A stretch of 64,000 nucleotides of DNA from Bdellovibrionota bacterium (GTDB lineage: Bacteria > Bdellovibrionota_C > UBA2361 > JBGSMV01). Position 1 is the stretch's first letter. Each line of letters starts with the position of its first letter. A program made the position numbers and the translations under genes. The stretch spans positions 64,001 to 128,000 of the forward strand of contig JBGSMV010000031.1 in NCBI GenBank assembly GCA_041739995.1. The letters run 5' to 3'. This document shows positions 61,920-64,000 of the stretch, piece by piece. The notes under the pieces are model-generated. The model did not search any database, was not told the DNA's origin, and saw only the letters and a program-made list of their open reading frames with translations.

Positions 61920-62969
61920 CTATCTGCGCCCTCCCACCTGGGCCTGGGCCACTTCAGTTCCGCGCTGACTACTCCACTCTATATGCGGCAGGCTAAGCTC
62001 GCGATCTGTGTAAGACTTGAGAGCTTCGCGACATCTGAGTAAACAAGTAAATCCACCTGCGCCTTGGTCTTGAAATGGCCACAAGCGGTAACACGGAACT
62101 TCAGAGAGGTGACTTTGATAGCCAGTAAGCTGTGGAACCACTTCTGCTTCCCAGTTTTCGTGTCGCTTCAAAAACCACTCAAGCATGCCCTCATTCTCTT
62201 CTCGGCAGTACGTACAGGTGGCATAGACCATAGCTCCTCCGGTTCGGACAAGCTGAGCGGCGGCGGCCAGAATCCTTCGCTGCCGACGAACGCACATGTT
62301 CACGGTGGTGTGATGAAACGCACCTGGAGTTGGTTTCCCCTTAACACTCAACGACTGGCCCGAGCAGGGTGCATCGACTAACACTACATCAAAAAACTCG
62401 GGCAATTCTTCCACAATACGCACCGGGTCACGACGAACAATAATGCAGGGGTCGATTTGGCAGCGCTTCACATTGGAAATTAAGGCCCTGATCCGTCCCT
62501 GAATCGGCTCGTTGGCTACTAATAGTCGCGGCTGCAAGGCTCGCCACAAAAAAACGGATTTTCCTCCGGGCGAGGCACAAAGGTCGAGCGCCACAGGCGC
62601 AGATCCACTAATAGATGACAGCGGACTAGCGCAAAACACCGAAGACTGATCCAACAAGTACCAGTCCCCGCGCTCATGCTCCTCCGTTTTTCCGGGAACA
62701 ATCGAACTCGTAGGCGTTTGAATCCAAGCAGGCATCCACTGCTGCCTCACCCCATCAAACAACTGCAGATGTGGGCTTCGCCGCTGCTCTCGAACCTCAA
62801 TGACCACCGACTTCCCACCGTCTTGTGCCCGCAGAGCCGCAATGAACTGCTCGCGCTGTTCCATATTCGAAACGAAAAGTTTCTCGGCAAGCCGAAGCGC
62901 AGCCGAAGGTAACTGTGCCGCCGAAGGCAGTGATGACTTTGACACTTGGTCAGGTTTTTTCCTGCCCAT
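61920..62969 (-). CDS. RsmB/NOP (RsmF-like) RNA m5C methyltransferase
   Basis: DLCASPGGKS, VDAPCSG, YATCT..EENE. Confidence 0.9.
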   Translation of the reverse strand: MGRKKPDQVSKSSLPSAAQLPSAALRLAEKLFVSNMEQREQFIAALRAQDGGKSVVIEVREQRRSPHLQLFDGVRQQWMPAWIQTPTSSIVPGKTEEHERGDWYLLDQSSVFCASPLSSISGSAPVALDLCASPGGKSVFLWRALQPRLLVANEPIQGRIRALISNVKRCQIDPCIIVRRDPVRIVEELPEFFDVVLVDAPCSGQSLSVKGKPTPGAFHHTTVNMCVRRQRRILAAAAQLVRTGGAMVYATCTYCREENEGMLEWFLKRHENWEAEVVPQLTGYQSHLSEVPCYRLWPFQDQGAGGFTCLLRCREALKSYTDRELSLPHIEWSSQRGTEVAQAQVGGRR

Positions 62970-63028
62970 CTGATTCCTATAGCCTAAAGCGTGCTCATTG
63001 CTAGCTGTAGCAGTCACCTGGTGAGCGC

Positions 63029-63157
63029 CTAGTGAAGTGAGCGGTTCGATGAACAATTCTCGCCGCGCTCGCTGCTCTCTTTGTTAATATATTTAATGAA
63101 TTACACTATGAGAACAGCGAGAAAGTACTAAAAGGAACTGCTCACTCAGCACACTAG
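63029..63157. mobile_element. MITE-like repeat, family B copy 5
   Basis: CTAGTG...CACTAG; internal ATTCTCGCCGCGCTCGCTG..CTCTTTGT shared with 41011-41151; right CTAG contains the yjbQ stop. Confidence 0.75.
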
Positions 63158-63564
63158 CCCCCGATCACACACACCGTTACCGTCCGCCGGTGAGGCTTCC
63201 TTCGATGCTCCCAAAGATAGATGCCCTGCCAGGTACCAAGCAACATTTCGCCTCCAGATACCGGCACGCCGATACTCACGCTCGTCAGCATGCTCTTAAT
63301 ATGAGACGGCATATCATCCGGTCCCTCGCTGGTATGTGAAAAAAGCGGGTCCTTCTCTGGGACAAGGCGAATGAGCCACTGTTCAAGATCGCGCTTTGCA
63401 GAAGGGTCTGCATTTTCCTGAATCAATAGACTTGCGGAGGTGTGGGCGATAAAAATCGTGCACAACCCTTGATCAATGCCAGACTCCCGAACAAGCTCTT
63501 CCACCTCCGGAGTGATTGGGTGTAATCCTTGTCCCGGAGTGGCAATCTCAAAAGAACGAATCAT
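63154..63564 (-). CDS. yjbQ: YjbQ/UPF0047 secondary thiamine-phosphate synthase
   Basis: HTSASLLIQENADP, EGPDDMPSHIKS, LGTWQGIYLWEHR; GGAGGT RBS. Confidence 0.92.
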   Translation of the reverse strand: MIRSFEIATPGQGLHPITPEVEELVRESGIDQGLCTIFIAHTSASLLIQENADPSAKRDLEQWLIRLVPEKDPLFSHTSEGPDDMPSHIKSMLTSVSIGVPVSGGEMLLGTWQGIYLWEHRRKPHRRTVTVCVIGG

Positions 63565-64000
63565 GGCAAGACCTCCGTCAAAATCTAGGGCTTCGAAGAC
63601 AAGGACTGGCCGATCCAAATCGCAACGTCTTGCTCCCTCGCCTAAAATCACCTGGAATCGTTCTCAGCACTTCGATGCACGCCCTCGGGGAACTAGACCT
63701 GACACAATAGTACTTCATTGCCTCTATGACGCTTCACCATCAGCGACGCGACGCCATCAGCACTTTTCGCTCTCGCGCTGCCTTACCTTACTTAACCGCT
63801 ACCAGGTCTCGGCTCACTACGTTATCTCCCGGCGAGGCAAGGTCGTGCAACTCGTGGATGAACAAGACAGGGCCTGGCATGCAGGCGTGAGCAAGATGCC
63901 CTTTAAGGACGACCGACGAAGCGGAGTGAACCGATTCAGTATCGGAATAGAACTAGTGGGAACTCCGCTTGGCTCGTTCACCACTTCACAGTACCGCAGC
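63563..64000 (+). CDS. N-acetylmuramoyl-L-alanine amidase (AmpD/Amidase_2), 3'-truncated; absent from the ORF track
   Basis: Manual translation: DTIVLHC..VSAHYVISRRGKVVQLVDEQDRAWHAGVS..VNRFSIGIEL. Confidence 0.88.
   Translation, partial: MARPPSKSRASKTRTGRSKSQRLAPSPKITWNRSQHFDARPRGTRPDTIVLHCLYDASPSATRRHQHFSLSRCLTLLNRYQVSAHYVISRRGKVVQLVDEQDRAWHAGVSKMPFKDDRRSGVNRFSIGIELVGTPLGSFTTSQYRS

Overview
About 64 kb of bacterial chromosome from a Gram-negative, LPS-producing organism. The gene order pyrG-kdsA-lptC-lptA..lptB-rpoN-hpf-rapZ suggests a deltaproteobacteria-like or Bdellovibrionota-like lineage (inference). Most genes are housekeeping or envelope genes: glpK, surA, PMM/PGM, trmB, metK, kdsA/B/D, lptABC, pyrG, pcnB, pdxST, lpxL, rnhA, two tRNAs and two hybrid histidine kinases. 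No transposase, integrase, phage gene or CRISPR array is visible. Three things stand out. (1) Dispersed, strongly modified flagellum-derived parts: a Sec-signal protein made of two Cys-bracketed flagellin D1-like repeats, a minimal flagellin with a very degenerate paralog, a motA-motB-motB stator in which one MotB lacks the essential Asp, and a membrane-anchored FtsY/FlhF-like pseudo-GTPase. Sigma28-like promoters precede both flagellar and non-flagellar genes. (2) At least three families of CTAG-delimited, foldback, MITE-like repeats (mostly 130-155 bp, about 11 full or partial copies), most sharing their CTAG with a gene's TAG stop codon. (3) A vapBC module bracketed by a duplicated 3' end of the neighbouring protease gene. 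All calls come from manual motif reading; no searches were run.
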